The translations under genes were made by a program, and so were the position numbers. Positions 30,791 through 32,249 of a DNA stretch of 32,249 nt are shown in pieces; positions within the stretch are counted from its first letter, which is position 1; every line of letters begins with the position of its first letter. This DNA is from Octopus bimaculoides. Its lineage: Eukaryota. The notes under the pieces were generated by a model. That model was not told where the DNA came from. It saw only the letters and a list, made by a program, of their open reading frames with translations, and did not search any database. The stretch is from the NCBI RefSeq assembly GCF_001194135.2, contig NC_068998.1, forward strand, positions 35,431,038 through 35,463,286, given 5' to 3'.

Positions 30791-31567
30791 GTAGAGTAAT
30801 TACACTAGTTTACGATCAAAGATCATAAATAAATAATCGTTAATTGAAACAATTAAGCCGGGTATTATTGTATCACTATAACTGGGAGAGCAGAATTGTT
30901 GAGGCTTACAGATTGAAAAGTGCTGCAATCGCTGGGTGCTCTAAATGGCGGTGATAGCGCTATGGAGGTGATTTGGGGGTGAAATTAATTACCAGAGGAA
31001 GGGACCAAAATCGGCTGGTGCNNNNNNNNNNNNNNNNNNNNNNNNNNNNNNNNNNNNNNNNNNNNNNNNNNNNNNNNNNNNNNNNNNNNNNNNNNNNNNN
31101 NNNNNNNNNNNNNNNNNNNNNNNNNNNNNNNNNNNNNNNNNNNNNNNNNNNNNNNNNNNNNNNNNNNNNNNNNNNNNNNNNNNNNNNNNNNNNNNNNNNN
31201 NNNNNNNNNNNNNNNNNNNNNNNNNNNNNNNNNNNNNNNNNNNNNNNNNNNNNNNNNNNNNNNNNNNNNNNNNNNNNNNNNNNNNNNNNNNNNNNNNNNN
31301 NNNNNNNNNNNNNNNNNNNNNNNNNNNNNNNNNNNNNNNNNNNNNNNNNNNNNNNNNNNNNNNNNNNNNNNNNNNNNNNNNNNNNNNNNNNNNNNNNNNN
31401 NNNNNNNNNNNNNNNNNNNNNNNNNNNNNNNNNNNNNNNNNNNNNNNNNNNNNNNNNNNNNNNNNNNNNNNNNNNNNNNNNNNNNNNNNNNNNNNNNNNN
31501 NNNNNNNNNNNNNNNNNNNNNNNNNNNNNNNNNNNNNNNNNNNNNNNNNNNNNNNNNNNNNNNNNNN

Positions 31568-31622
<55 letters not shown>

Positions 31623-32202
31623 TGTATACATGCATGTTTACATATATAAACACATGTGTATACATAAATACATTTGATATATATATACATATGTGTATAT
31701 ACATATATATATATATAAATATATATACATGTATATATTATATATGTATGTATTAATATACGTATATGTATACATACATATTTATATATACATGTATATA
31801 TATACATATATATATACATACATATGTATAAATATGAATACACACGCACACTCGAATATATAAATAAGTACACACATGCATGCGTACACACAGACGCACA
31901 CTCATAAACTCACATTGTGGTAGCATCTGTATACGTAGTTAGTTAATTAAGCTTATGAACGGGAGTTACAAATGCACATAATTACAAAAACACTCATATA
32001 TGAAGGCGTTATATTGGGTGTATGAGTGTATGTGTGTGTGTGTGTGTGTGTGCATAATATATTATGTAAATCAGTGTATATGCATGTGTTTAGATGTATG
32101 TGCGTACCATATATACGTATGTGTATATATAAGCTTATTTTTATATATTTGTGTTTATACATATATGAATATGTATATGTATTAATATGCTTGTATACAT
32201 AC

Positions 32203-32249
<47 letters not shown>
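31568..32249. repeat. Compound (TA)n/(TATG)n/(CA)n low-complexity region
   Basis: Direct reading. Confidence 0.9.

Noticed and set aside
1-32249. CRISPR arrays, rRNA, genuine tRNA genes, prokaryotic operons
   Set aside because: None seen; tRNA-like boxes all belong to SINE heads and regularly spaced motifs lack repeat-spacer structure.

Overview
AT-rich eukaryotic (not prokaryotic) draft-assembly window with six N-gaps and dense (TA)n/(CA)n/(ATT)n microsatellites. The SINE families and repeat texture look like an octopus (cephalopod) genome; this is inference from recognition, not a database hit. Host content is two same-strand (minus) paralogous class A (rhodopsin-like) GPCR genes with intron-free coding regions (9565-10818 and 24670-25824), about 50% identical over TM1-TM3 by hand alignment. 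Everything else recognisable is transposon-derived: about 16 copies or fragments of four SINE-like families (several with clear target-site duplications), plus decayed mariner, Helitron, RTE-endonuclease, CR1/L2-type RT, CRE-like endonuclease and Penelope-like fragments. Almost all other ORFs in the track are microsatellite or N-gap artefacts. The best leads are: (1) a complete minimal type I hammerhead ribozyme fold at 17904-17951 whose C3-G8 tertiary pair is replaced by a compensatory A3-U8 pair, downstream of a Penelope-like relic; (2) a ~100-bp leader conserved between the two GPCR paralogues, with a hidden reading-frame signature, a shared out-of-frame uATG and a reciprocal splice-acceptor shift; (3) a same-strand cluster of six CTCF-like motifs between the two receptor genes.
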